64,000 nucleotides of DNA from an uncultured virus (IMG/VR IMGVR_UViG_3300045738_001030) (IMGVR_UViG_3300045738_001030); one strand, 5' to 3'. Shown: positions 26,154-35,558, counted from the first letter of the stretch. The notes: a model not told the origin generated them from the letters alone. Numbers and translations are program-made.

Positions 26154-27638
26154 GTGTCAATGATCAAATACATATCGCCGTCTGGCTGGGATTGGGATCG
26201 ACCCATTGCGATTCCTGTGCCTATTTCTAGTCGGGGTCTTATCGGCAACGACCGCCGCGAGTTTACGAAACTTGCGGGGCATATGTTTGTTGACGAAGTA
26301 GATCGAACGAAATTCGCAAACGATGAAGTTCCTGTGCATTTAATTGCTCTGGGTGCTAGTGAGGCATATGGGCCTAATCGAAACGGGGATGGTTTTAAAG
26401 AGGCAACCTGCAAGAAGTATCATGATACGTTTGTAAAGTTTGCCCAGTTCTTCCGAAACCACAAGAACAAGCCTGAGCGTGGAGATCCTAGCTTTGGCAT
26501 TATAAAGTCATCTGCTTATAACGTTCCCATGCGTCGAGTCGAATTGTTAATTGGGCTTAATGCGGAGAAAAGCGCTGCCGACCGTAATAATGGGTTTGTA
26601 GCCGATACGGAACTGGAGAAGCTGGCTCGCGGTGACGATATTGCCGTCTCGATGGCGTGTCGTGTGCCTTATGATTCTTGTTCATGGTGTGGCAATAAAG
26701 CAAAAACTCGTGAGGAATATTGTGGCCGTGAGAAGTGTGCTGCTGGGGGTTGCAAGGACAATCTCACCCGCTTAATTAAAGTTGGGGATGACATGCATCA
26801 CTTACATGTGGATAATCCTACTCCGACTTGGTTTGACATTAGTCGGGTATTTCGCCCGGCAGATCGAATTGCTTACGGAGCAAAAGCAGACTGGCTGACT
26901 AAGGCTGCCGCCGATAATGGCCTTTTTGAGTTTTGCGATTATATTAAAATGTCTGAGTCAGAAAGTGCCCCTCTCCGTGTTGTTATGTATCAGAATGGAT
27001 TACCGGGTGAGTGGGATCAGAAAGTTGCCGGGCAGATTAAATTGGCTTACGGCTTGGCTAAATTAGAACGCCGAGTAGACGCTACTGCTCCTGAAATTTA
27101 TAGCGGCATTAAGACTGAGCCTATTGAATTAGATCTTTTAGGAGAGTTAGGCACTACTAAATGCGCCGAAGGATTGTCCGCATTAGCCGATAATAAGATT
27201 ATTTTGTCCTTTCCTGATTGGTCACGATTGGCAAAAAAACCCGCATTAATAAAGGAAGCATCTGTATATCTGCCTAGCATTTATAATCGAATGTTGGACA
27301 ATGGTAATATTGAACAGAAAATAGAGTCGAATCCTTATCCACTTTCTGATAAAGTGGCATCGATAAAACAACGTACTTTTGCTAACCTAAGTGTTGGTTC
27401 TCATTCGTTGGAAAAGTCAGCTGTTCAAAATCGGAGTATGTTATCTGCAATTCGCAACGTACCTGCTCCTGTGGTAAGTCCCATGATTGAAAAGTTTGGA
27501 TCAAATAACGAAGAGGCTGAGGAGCTTGCAATTGAATATGCGTTGTATAAAATTGCCGCTCTTCAGAAAATTGCGTCATTTGATGATAATTTTCCGTTGA
27601 CAGCAAGGCTAAGTGTGAGGCAGAATCAGTTAACTTAA
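26154..27638 (+). CDS. Prohead (capsid maturation) protease with Zn ribbon
   Basis: PNRNGDGF, FRNH (His), VSMAC (Ser), CSWCG..C..C zinc ribbon, FDISRVFRPAD matching the E-x-S-x-V-x-x-P-A motif of HK97-type proteases; lies upstream of scaffold and capsid genes. Confidence 0.8.
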   Translation: MSMIKYISPSGWDWDRPIAIPVPISSRGLIGNDRREFTKLAGHMFVDEVDRTKFANDEVPVHLIALGASEAYGPNRNGDGFKEATCKKYHDTFVKFAQFFRNHKNKPERGDPSFGIIKSSAYNVPMRRVELLIGLNAEKSAADRNNGFVADTELEKLARGDDIAVSMACRVPYDSCSWCGNKAKTREEYCGREKCAAGGCKDNLTRLIKVGDDMHHLHVDNPTPTWFDISRVFRPADRIAYGAKADWLTKAAADNGLFEFCDYIKMSESESAPLRVVMYQNGLPGEWDQKVAGQIKLAYGLAKLERRVDATAPEIYSGIKTEPIELDLLGELGTTKCAEGLSALADNKIILSFPDWSRLAKKPALIKEASVYLPSIYNRMLDNGNIEQKIESNPYPLSDKVASIKQRTFANLSVGSHSLEKSAVQNRSMLSAIRNVPAPVVSPMIEKFGSNNEEAEELAIEYALYKIAALQKIASFDDNFPLTARLSVRQNQLT

Positions 27639-27693
27639 TGACACTGAATTTTGTTGCACGGAACTGCAACCGTTTTTGCAAGGAGTGCTCTAT

Positions 27694-29082
27694 ATGACCG
27701 CCCTATCCGCTAGAGAGTCGATGAACACCATCGATAAGTTTATCCGGGAGGTCGGGGCTGCTGAAAAGACCGCTGCTGAGGCTAACACTGAGCCCGGTAG
27801 TGTTGGCGGCGCGACTGAACATCCTGTGAAGGACGTTGACGACAGCACAGAAGATGCTGAAGAAGGCTTCCGATCAAAAGAAAATGATGAAGACGTTAAA
27901 GAGGACGAGGGTCCTCCGAGCGTTGATAATCAGCCAATTGCTGAAGCTCCCAATTTGGCGGGCAGCAGTAAGTCGGCTGCGGAAGGTAAGTCCGAGGGTG
28001 GTGCGGCTGGTGATCCAGTTCAAAGCCCCGGTTCTGCTTCAGATGATCAAATTCAGATTGGTACTGTTAAGGAACCGACTGGTGATGATCCTTCTGTCGA
28101 AACATCTTCTGTCAAAGAAGAAAAAGAAGATTCTTCTACTGACCATCCTGCTCGTACTGACAATTCGTCACTGGACGGACTGAAGTATGCCGAAGCAGAT
28201 CTGGAGAATATGCCTCTTGATCAGCTTTCAAAGATTGCGTCGGGTCTTAACAATGCTATCTTGGCTGAGTTAGCTGTGCATGACTTCCGTAAGGGAGCTG
28301 GACATGACGAAGACGAAGACGAAGATGAAAACGAGGAAGATTCGGATAAAGAGGCTGTTGATTTAGCTTCGCAAGCCGGGTACGAATTGGCCGGACTTCT
28401 TACGGGTGAACTAGACAAAACTGCGGTAGACGGCATCGTTCAGGATACTCTGGAAGACGTCATCAAAACTGCCTCAGGCGATGCAGATCGAGTAGCTGTT
28501 TTTCTCGCTAATTATAATGACGAGATGAATAAACAGCAGGCTTGGTCAAAGCAAGCTGAGGGAGGAATGCCGATGGTTCCCCCGGAAGCAGCTGGTGGTC
28601 TTCCTCCAGAAGTTGCTGGTGGTCTTCCTCCAGAAGAGGAAGCACTCGGTGGTGGTGGTGAAGAGGATGAACTTATCCAGCAGATGTTGGGTGAGGAAGC
28701 TGGTCCTCCTGTTGACGCTGGTGCTCCTCCCGAGCTGGGTGGTGGCGAAGGCGGTGATGTGGAAGAGCTGGCCGCAATTCTCGAAGAATTGGGCATTTCA
28801 CCTGAAGAGCTTGAGGCGGCAATGGTTGCCGAAGAGGGCGGTGGTGGCCTAGAAGGTGCTGGTGGCCTAGAGGGCGCTGGCCTAGAAGGCGCTGGTCTTC
28901 CTCCAGAAGTTGCTGGTGGTCTTCCTCCAGAAGCTGCTGGTGGTCTTCCCATGGAAGAAGCTGCTGGTTTGGAAGTAGAGGCTCGTGATGTACTTGCTAA
29001 ACTTGCTGCCGCTAAAAGGGGTAACGCCATGGCTGGCGTTCGGGATTATATTCAAGAACTTATTACTCGTTCGCGAAACTAG
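27694..29082 (+). CDS. Putative scaffold/core protein, acidic and low complexity
   Basis: AGGAG RBS; between protease and capsid genes; very acidic; 10 of 20 lysines in K-x-A (manual count); GGLPPE repeats. Confidence 0.68.
   Translation: MTALSARESMNTIDKFIREVGAAEKTAAEANTEPGSVGGATEHPVKDVDDSTEDAEEGFRSKENDEDVKEDEGPPSVDNQPIAEAPNLAGSSKSAAEGKSEGGAAGDPVQSPGSASDDQIQIGTVKEPTGDDPSVETSSVKEEKEDSSTDHPARTDNSSLDGLKYAEADLENMPLDQLSKIASGLNNAILAELAVHDFRKGAGHDEDEDEDENEEDSDKEAVDLASQAGYELAGLLTGELDKTAVDGIVQDTLEDVIKTASGDADRVAVFLANYNDEMNKQQAWSKQAEGGMPMVPPEAAGGLPPEVAGGLPPEEEALGGGGEEDELIQQMLGEEAGPPVDAGAPPELGGGEGGDVEELAAILEELGISPEELEAAMVAEEGGGGLEGAGGLEGAGLEGAGLPPEVAGGLPPEAAGGLPMEEAAGLEVEARDVLAKLAAAKRGNAMAGVRDYIQELITRSRN
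28585..28968 (+). repeat. Dispersed coding repeats (AGGLPPE / GLEGA)
   Basis: GGTCTTCCTCCAGAAG occurs four times in two blocks; GGCCTAGARGGYGCT x3. Confidence 0.75.
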
Positions 29083-29118
29083 CTAACGGTTGATATTAGC
29101 CTCAAGGAGGAGTTTCAG

Positions 29119-29556
29119 ATGAATCAGAAACTCGCGAATCTTTTTGTGAAGAGCATTCAGATCAGCTCGATTCTCCAGAAGCGAGCTTTGGATAAACTTC
29201 ATAATCACCAAGTATCAGCAAGTTCTGCGGTAGAAAAAACCGCTGGTCTTATTGATCATATGGTGGAAAAGGGATGTGTTGCGGAACACCAGAAGCAAGC
29301 TGCTTCTGATCTTCTGGGTTCGCATTCCGGTACAATGGATCTTTTGTGGAATTCTGTTGAGAAATTAGCAGATGCTCATAAGGGACTGGAGAAGGCAGGC
29401 CGAGACATGGGTCAAGCAATTGACCCTGATCAGTCAGGCGTTCAGACGGTTCCTTCTTATAATTCGCTTGATGATCCTTATATGGGTCGTCGAACGAGTG
29501 AAAAGAAGGCTTCTGACGCTGCGATTTGGGCTGCTGTTGATGGTAATGCTTTTTAA
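29119..29556 (+). CDS. Small K-x-A-rich head assembly protein
   Basis: AGGAGGAG RBS; QKLA, QKRA, EKTA, QKQA, EKLA, KKA. Confidence 0.7.
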   Translation: MNQKLANLFVKSIQISSILQKRALDKLHNHQVSASSAVEKTAGLIDHMVEKGCVAEHQKQAASDLLGSHSGTMDLLWNSVEKLADAHKGLEKAGRDMGQAIDPDQSGVQTVPSYNSLDDPYMGRRTSEKKASDAAIWAAVDGNAF

Positions 29557-29617
29557 TTACGTAATTGAGAGTGGGTTGATCCTGCTTTTTTAGACATAGT
29601 TCATGGAGGACTAAATC

Positions 29618-30178
29618 ATGGCCGCACCTCGGCAAATGACTGCGAATACTCTTAACGCGCTGAAAGGATGGCCCAGTCAGTCCGCAGTGGATTTCCATTC
29701 GAAATTCGATGCGACTATTTTGGCCGCCAACGAGCCTATTTTGGCTGGTTCAGTTGTATGTTTAGGGGCAGACGGCGAGTTCGAACTTGGTATCGACGCT
29801 GCTGATCGTATGCCCTTATTTTTGTTTAACAACAGCGATGATCCTGATGTTGAAAATCCCGGCGGCGATGCTGCTGAGGGTGGTGACAAAGGTGTTTGGG
29901 TTGCTGTCGCTCCCACAGGTCAGGCAATGGCGCTTGTAGCTGTTGGGGCCTATGAGCTTACTTCGACTGCGTTTGTCACTGGCGGTAACATCGATGTTCC
30001 GAACACTCCTTTGTGGTCGGATGATGCTGGTGCTAACATTGGCAAACTTGATGATACTACCTTTACCGGCGGAAAAACTGTCGTTGGTATTGTGAGTCGG
30101 GGTGTTGTTGATAACGGTTATGGACACGATTCTGTCGCGTTCTGGCCTTACTTCCTGCCTGCTAGTATCAACGTCTAG
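29618..30178 (+). CDS. Putative head decoration/cement protein
   Basis: GGAGG RBS; small Gly/Ala beta-rich protein directly upstream of the major capsid gene (ILAGSVV, VVGIVSRG). Confidence 0.6.
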   Translation: MAAPRQMTANTLNALKGWPSQSAVDFHSKFDATILAANEPILAGSVVCLGADGEFELGIDAADRMPLFLFNNSDDPDVENPGGDAAEGGDKGVWVAVAPTGQAMALVAVGAYELTSTAFVTGGNIDVPNTPLWSDDAGANIGKLDDTTFTGGKTVVGIVSRGVVDNGYGHDSVAFWPYFLPASINV

Positions 30179-30219
30179 GCTGGATCAAATTTTTAAATAA
30201 ACCTTGGAGGTAATACTCG

Positions 30220-31164
30220 ATGACTTCTCAGATGACCCAAGAGGAATCAAAACTCCTCAACGAGTCGATTTTCGAGAAGCTGGCCTCTCGTGATCCACTT
30301 CTGGAAAAACAGGCTGTTGACGCGGTCAACGACTTTACCAGAACCAAGATGCGGGAAGATGGCTTCTACCGTCGGATTATTCCGCCGTTGCCAATCAGTA
30401 ATGACGAACTTGATCGTCAGGTTGACACGGACAAGCCGGTCAAGATTGTGGACAAGGAACCTGATAGCCCAGCGGCTGTTTCGATCCCGTTTGCGACCTT
30501 GCCAACGAATCTGTATATCCGTGGTCCCCGCTACAAGGTCACCTTCGACCGTATCGTGACGCCTCGCTTCACGAAGGACGTTGATGAACTGCGTACTTGG
30601 TACATGGATATTCGTCAGGTACTGAGCGATAACGCTATCAAGGACATGTTGGCAGAGGAAGATGGAAAGTTCATCGCCGCTATTAATGTTGCCCTCGGTG
30701 GTGCTGCCGGTACAAAACCGCCGACTTCGGGCGTTGTCCAGTGGGAAGAGATTGCTGGTGGTATCACCCGTGACACTCTTTGGGATAGCCTTAAGATCAT
30801 GCCTAACACTTCGTCGAACCTTGAAGTTCACGTTGTGCTCCTCAACAATATCACCATCAAGGAAGTTGCGAAGTTTAGTCGTAACGAAATGGGCGGTGAC
30901 TTGAGTGAGGAAGTCATGCGTAACGGATGGGCTCTGGCTGAGTTCATGGGCGTGAAGTGGATCATCACAATTAAGAAGGCCCTTGTGCCGACTAATACGA
31001 TGTACCACTTTGCCGATCCTAAATTTATTGGTAAGAGTTACATCCTCGAAGACACGACCATGTACATTCGTCGCGAAGCGTACATGATCGAATTCTTCGC
31101 GTATGAAACCCTTGGTGGGACGATTGGTCACACTAGTGGTTTGTCTCGTGCTGATTTCATTTAG
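30220..31164 (+). CDS. Major capsid protein (HK97 fold, encapsulin/linocin-like)
   Basis: 314 aa; strong RBS; codon bias typical of high expression; FYRRIIP, FDRIVTPRF, AIKDMLAEEDGKFI pattern; order protease-scaffold-decoration-MCP-terminator. Confidence 0.82.
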   Translation: MTSQMTQEESKLLNESIFEKLASRDPLLEKQAVDAVNDFTRTKMREDGFYRRIIPPLPISNDELDRQVDTDKPVKIVDKEPDSPAAVSIPFATLPTNLYIRGPRYKVTFDRIVTPRFTKDVDELRTWYMDIRQVLSDNAIKDMLAEEDGKFIAAINVALGGAAGTKPPTSGVVQWEEIAGGITRDTLWDSLKIMPNTSSNLEVHVVLLNNITIKEVAKFSRNEMGGDLSEEVMRNGWALAEFMGVKWIITIKKALVPTNTMYHFADPKFIGKSYILEDTTMYIRREAYMIEFFAYETLGGTIGHTSGLSRADFI

Positions 31165-31172
31165 TATATGTT

Positions 31173-31210
31173 GAAGGTGAACCGCCCTTCGGGGCGGAGA
31201 TCCTTTTTTT
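31173..31210 (+). terminator. Intrinsic terminator after major capsid gene
   Basis: CCGCCC-TTCG-GGGCGG (cUUCGg tetraloop) with outer AAGG/CCTT pairing and a T7 tract. Confidence 0.75.
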
Positions 31211-31225
31211 AAATACTGGAATTTA
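31210..31225. promoter_or_regulatory. Palindromic element variant TAAATAC-TG-GAATTTA (copy 3)
   Basis: One mismatch from copies at 3271 and 11551; directly after the capsid terminator. Confidence 0.45.
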
Positions 31226-31244
31226 AGACAAGCGGAGTCACGCC

Positions 31245-31664
31245 ATGTCGAATAAAAATCAAGCTACCCTGCCCGAACCGGCAGAAGCTTATAACAACCT
31301 GTTTGAAGGCGTGCACGCAAATGTCTTTTTTGGCAAGTTAGCGAATCAGGGTTTCCAGCCTCAATCCGAGAAGGAAGCAGCCGATTTACTCCAACTAGCC
31401 GGAAGACTGCGTCACGTCGATGACACTGAAAAGGCGGCGAGTGCCAGCCATAGCCGATTTGAGGGCCCTACAGATGCTCTTGATAGCGTTATGGAGGGGG
31501 CCGGTCTTGGGAGTATCAAGGCTGCACAGGCTTATACTGAAGAAGATCAAGCTGTTAAAGCGGCTGCTGCGCAGCTTGCTCAAGAGCCTATCTACTATAA
31601 CTCTGTGTTATCGCTGAAAGCTCACGAAGCCGCAGTTCTCGCGCAACAAAATGGAGGGAACTAA
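31245..31664 (+). CDS. Small K-x-A-rich head protein
   Basis: 5 of 7 lysines in K-x-A (GKLA, EKEA, EKAA, IKAA, VKAA). Confidence 0.7.
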   Translation: MSNKNQATLPEPAEAYNNLFEGVHANVFFGKLANQGFQPQSEKEAADLLQLAGRLRHVDDTEKAASASHSRFEGPTDALDSVMEGAGLGSIKAAQAYTEEDQAVKAAAAQLAQEPIYYNSVLSLKAHEAAVLAQQNGGN

Positions 31665-31667
31665 ATA

Positions 31668-32012
31668 ATGGCTTATACACATGACCTTACCTGTCTTTAT
31701 AGCACCGTCAAGAATATCTCTGGCGGCACTATGACGTTCGGGTTTTTACCACCGCATGGCCGTTCGTTAGCCGACGATGGGGAATTTACCGTGTTTGGTA
31801 ACATCCTCGACGCTGTTGCTAATGGATTTGATCGTGTAACAAGCCGTCGTTCTATCCTTGCTTTTGAGAGCGCGGTAGATAACGGTAAACTTGAGATTGT
31901 CCATACTCCGGCTCCGATTCTGAAAGACGTCACACTGGCTGATGGTTTCATGATTGTGTTGGATAATGGTACTTTGAGTGTTGATGACCCTTGTTGGGAA
32001 TCGACTGCTTAA
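31668..32012 (+). CDS. Hypothetical (probable virion) protein
   Basis: GGAGGG RBS; 114 aa; in the head module. Confidence 0.7.
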   Translation: MAYTHDLTCLYSTVKNISGGTMTFGFLPPHGRSLADDGEFTVFGNILDAVANGFDRVTSRRSILAFESAVDNGKLEIVHTPAPILKDVTLADGFMIVLDNGTLSVDDPCWESTA

Positions 32013-32057
32013 TTTAAAGGTTTACGAAACAGGCTTTGCCACGGTCTGTTCTTCCGT

Positions 32058-32094
32058 AAAGGCTCGGTAGGTTATGCCTATCGAGCCTTTTTTT
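32058..32094 (+). terminator. Intrinsic terminator
   Basis: AAAGGCTCGGTAGG-TTATG-CCTATCGAGCCTTT-TTTT. Confidence 0.85.
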
Positions 32095-32121
32095 ATGTCG
32101 ACAAGTGGTTAAACTTTAGGT

Positions 32122-33342
32122 ATGAAGCTCAGTATTTTTACGCCTACGCACTTACCCGATCATTTGTGTGAGACGTATCATTCGATTTTGCGTCAAAATT
32201 ACACTAATTGGGAGTGGGTAATTGTTCCCAATGGTTCCAAAGCATTCGTTCCTGATCACATTAGAGAAGATGAACGGGTGAAAGTGGTGTCGGGCGGCGA
32301 ACGAATTTACAACATTGGTGCCTTAAAACGACTCGCGTGTGACAACGCCACTGGGTATGGCTTTATTGAGTTAGATCACGACGACTTGCTATTTCCCGGT
32401 GATTCGTTAGGAGCGATTGCTTCGGCATTTAAGCGGGGAGGCGGCTTCGTATTCTCAGACGCGGCAGTTTTTAATTACGGGGCCGACAATAAATATGGTA
32501 AATACATGTATGCCGAGTCACATGGATGGTCAAATTACCCTGTTAACGTGTACGGCAGAGACTTAATAGCCACGCGGGCCTTCGAACCGTCACCTCGGTC
32601 TCTTTGTGAAATATATTACGCTCCTGATCATGTCAGGTGCTGGAGTCGAGAAGCTTACTATGCCGCAGGGGGTCATAATCGTGATTTGCCCGTGGCTGAC
32701 GATCAAGAGTTAATGGCTAAAACATACTTAGCCGGTTTTCCATTTGAGCATACTGGTGGTTGTCACTACCTGTATCGAATGTACGCTAAAAACACTGTCA
32801 GATCCCGTAACATAAGGATTCAGGAATTGGCGAAAACGTTCAAAAAGAAATATACAGAAGATTTAATACGTGAATGGGCATCTCGCGAAAATCACGAGAT
32901 ACTTGATGTACGGGAGTTACAGCAAGAGGGCTGGGATTGTGAACGTGACTTGCGATATGGTCTTGGGGATTCCAAGTATGGAATCATAGAGGCTCATGAT
33001 TTCTTGCAGTGGCTTGACGGAAATCAAGTTGTTGAATTTATGAATGCTGCATATGACGCATTAGTGCCGGGCGGTTACATGATGATATCTGTTCCAGACG
33101 CAAGGCATGAAATAGGATATGCCGATCCGGGATACAAAACGTATTACAGTACTTTAAGTATGATGCCTTACACGTATTCTCAGTATGCGAAAGCAAACGG
33201 GAATGTAAGATGTCGTTTTCAGCAAGTTCATATGGATGAAGAGTTTCCTTCTGAATGGCATCAAAAGCGTGGTTTTCGGCATCTACGTTTTCATTTATGC
33301 GCATTAAAAGGACAGAGACAGCCCGGAGAGTGTCATATATGA
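32122..33342 (+). CDS. GT2-family glycosyltransferase fused to a SAM-methyltransferase-like domain
   Basis: MKLSIFTPTH, SILRQNYTNWEWVIV, IELDHDD (DxD), ADDQEL; C-terminal IIEAHDFLQWL..FMNAAYDALVPGGYMMISVPD. Confidence 0.82.
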   Translation: MKLSIFTPTHLPDHLCETYHSILRQNYTNWEWVIVPNGSKAFVPDHIREDERVKVVSGGERIYNIGALKRLACDNATGYGFIELDHDDLLFPGDSLGAIASAFKRGGGFVFSDAAVFNYGADNKYGKYMYAESHGWSNYPVNVYGRDLIATRAFEPSPRSLCEIYYAPDHVRCWSREAYYAAGGHNRDLPVADDQELMAKTYLAGFPFEHTGGCHYLYRMYAKNTVRSRNIRIQELAKTFKKKYTEDLIREWASRENHEILDVRELQQEGWDCERDLRYGLGDSKYGIIEAHDFLQWLDGNQVVEFMNAAYDALVPGGYMMISVPDARHEIGYADPGYKTYYSTLSMMPYTYSQYAKANGNVRCRFQQVHMDEEFPSEWHQKRGFRHLRFHLCALKGQRQPGECHI

Positions 33343-33364
33343 TATTCTGATCTTCCCCGAGGAA

Positions 33365-33373
33365 GGTTATAAT
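33365..33373 (+). promoter_or_regulatory. Candidate -10 box upstream of neck/tail operon
   Basis: GGTTATAAT in the intergenic gap; no canonical -35. Confidence 0.35.
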
Positions 33374-33410
33374 GCACTTGGAGTGTGTATTCACATAGCA
33401 GGGAGAAAGC

Positions 33411-34373
33411 ATGACGCAATCGAATCCTCCCACCAACACGGACTGTGAAGAGCAGAATAAAATTAAGGCTCCAGTCACGTATGTTGATGGATGTCCAGTA
33501 CTACCTAAATTACAGTGCCACGAAGTTCAGATGGGGCAAGATGCCCGTCTAGAGTGGACTATGCGCACGTCTAACGGCGATCCAGTTAATCTGACTGATT
33601 GTGCTACTTCATGTTCCAGTGCCAGTGAGGCGTCCTCTGAGACCTACGATGCTCTGGGGACGCCCCCTTGCGGCATTCAGCTGAGAATACGTGAATTGAC
33701 AGGTTTAGACCCTTCCAAAGACCCCGTTGCCTGCATTACCGCAGATATCATTACGGCAGCTGATGGTTTTGTGCGTGCTCAAAGTCTTCCGGATGCTATC
33801 TCCAGAGAGCCCGGAGTGTATATCGAAGAGTGGGGTCTTTTTACCGAAGATGGGCGGATGCTTTTTAGTAATCAATCCTTGTGTTTTGTCAGACGTGGTT
33901 TATTTGGTCTTAGCAATGATACAAGTCAATATAGTCTGGGGCCGCCCAGCGTAGAAGAAATTCGCTTGACCATGCGAGATAATGCTTCGGCAGATAATCT
34001 TTTATTGGACAACATTGAATTTGACGGAGCAGAAATTGCGCAGGCAGTTTTGCGGCCTATTCAGTATTGGAATGAAATTCCTCCTCCGTTACGTCCTTTT
34101 CAGACAACAAAAACGTTTGTTTTTAAAGAAATGTGGTTGAAAGGTATTCAGGCATATCTTTACCGCATGGCTGCAAATACTTATCGTCGCAATCGTCTTG
34201 CTTATAGCGCGGGTGGCGTGTCTGTAGACGATAAGAACAAGGAACAGGAATATTCAGCCGCAGGAAATGGAATGCTTCAAGAGTTCCAAAATATGGTTCA
34301 AGCGAAGAAAGTTGAAATTAATATTGCCGGGTTTGCGGGAAATGTCTCGTCGCAATATGGAAATTTTCGTTAA
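33411..34373 (+). CDS. Putative neck/head-tail adaptor protein
   Basis: Position after head genes; beta-rich N-domain; helical C-domain EEIRLTMRD...RRNRLAYSAGGVSVDDK. Confidence 0.6.
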   Translation: MTQSNPPTNTDCEEQNKIKAPVTYVDGCPVLPKLQCHEVQMGQDARLEWTMRTSNGDPVNLTDCATSCSSASEASSETYDALGTPPCGIQLRIRELTGLDPSKDPVACITADIITAADGFVRAQSLPDAISREPGVYIEEWGLFTEDGRMLFSNQSLCFVRRGLFGLSNDTSQYSLGPPSVEEIRLTMRDNASADNLLLDNIEFDGAEIAQAVLRPIQYWNEIPPPLRPFQTTKTFVFKEMWLKGIQAYLYRMAANTYRRNRLAYSAGGVSVDDKNKEQEYSAAGNGMLQEFQNMVQAKKVEINIAGFAGNVSSQYGNFR

Positions 34374-34392
34374 ACAGCAAGGATGCTGATTT

Positions 34393-35286
34393 ATGCCACA
34401 ACGTATCATTGGACAATCCCCACTACCGGATTCCACTTGTCAAGACGAGTGCCCCTCTCAATGCGAATCAGTATTCGACATGGTGCACGTTAGTTACCTG
34501 ATTCGCGGGGGTACTAGAGTCTGTTGGCAACTTCTGAGTACGTTTTCTGATCCGTTGCCCTATACATTCCAGTTACAAGTAGGTCAGTCGGGAAATTCCG
34601 ATGCCGATGACTGGGAAGATGTCGGCACAGACATCGAAAACACGTTTTATGCGATAGACGGTACAAAGCGTGTGTATGGAAAGACGCAGTACACACATTA
34701 CCGTGTGGAAATGACAACGAGTCTTGGGACATATTATTCTGATCCCACGGCTGTGGGTGGTATTCTAGGGGTCAGAGACTGGCGATTAGCACGTGAGATT
34801 GTACGCAAAGAGAAATTACGGTTTCGTTACACAAGTCAGGATGGTTACTTGCTGAAACGGCGCATTACCGGAGTAGCGTGTACAAAATGTTTGGATCTTC
34901 AAACAGATGAAGTAACTAACCCAGATTGTCCTGAGTGCTACGGTACGGGATTTCAGTGCGGGTATTTCTATCCGATGGGATGCATCTGGGCCGATCTGTC
35001 CCCAAAAACAAAACGAAAGCATATTGACGACTCTGGGGTTAGAGGAACAATTAATGATATTGTGGTAACGGGACGTATGTTAATGCTGCCGTTGTTACAA
35101 GCAACAGATGTGTGGATTAGTCGAGAAACAGATGATCGATATTATATTCAGAGTATTCAAGATGTAGCTGAAATAAGGGGAGTTCCTCTAGTTGCTAATG
35201 TGGAATTGCGCCCAGCGCCGTATACTGATGTTATTTACACCATTGCTATTCCGCAACAGGATGAATTTTTGACGGGAAATTGTTGA
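34393..35286 (+). CDS. Putative head-closure/neck protein with Zn finger
   Basis: CTKC...CPECYGTG; C-terminal DVWISRETDDRYYIQSI typical of head-closure beta-barrels. Confidence 0.58.
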   Translation: MPQRIIGQSPLPDSTCQDECPSQCESVFDMVHVSYLIRGGTRVCWQLLSTFSDPLPYTFQLQVGQSGNSDADDWEDVGTDIENTFYAIDGTKRVYGKTQYTHYRVEMTTSLGTYYSDPTAVGGILGVRDWRLAREIVRKEKLRFRYTSQDGYLLKRRITGVACTKCLDLQTDEVTNPDCPECYGTGFQCGYFYPMGCIWADLSPKTKRKHIDDSGVRGTINDIVVTGRMLMLPLLQATDVWISRETDDRYYIQSIQDVAEIRGVPLVANVELRPAPYTDVIYTIAIPQQDEFLTGNC

Positions 35287-35558
35287 TGCCGCACATACCT
35301 AGATTTACCCCTACGTCGCTACCACGCCAACCGCTGGGGGGACATAAACCCCCTGTCCCATATATGGGAAGTAAAGCAGGCGAGCCTGATCCGGCAGTTA
35401 AAAAACCCGGAAAGGGATTACGAATGCTTAGTCGTCTTGATCCGTTCTCATGGAAATATGGTACGGATCAAGTAATCAAGATCATGTACCCTGACCTTAA
35501 GTTGTCAATCGATGACCACACCCGAGGATTGGTGTCAGACGACACCTCCAACACCTAA
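35286..35558 (+). CDS. Small Pro-rich hypothetical protein
   Basis: TGATG stop/start overlap with the upstream gene. Confidence 0.55.
   Translation: MPHIPRFTPTSLPRQPLGGHKPPVPYMGSKAGEPDPAVKKPGKGLRMLSRLDPFSWKYGTDQVIKIMYPDLKLSIDDHTRGLVSDDTSNT

Noticed and set aside
28512..29030. Ser/Pro-rich antisense ORF (similar ones at 45515-46171 and 46340-46936)
   Set aside because: Mirror of low-complexity sense-strand coding
30247..31131. 294-aa antisense ORF
   Set aside because: Shadow of the codon-biased capsid gene; no RBS or recognisable protein features
30220..31164. Bacterial encapsulin nanocompartment
   Set aside because: Context of protease, scaffold, decoration and neck genes fits a phage major capsid protein; no cargo enzyme adjacent
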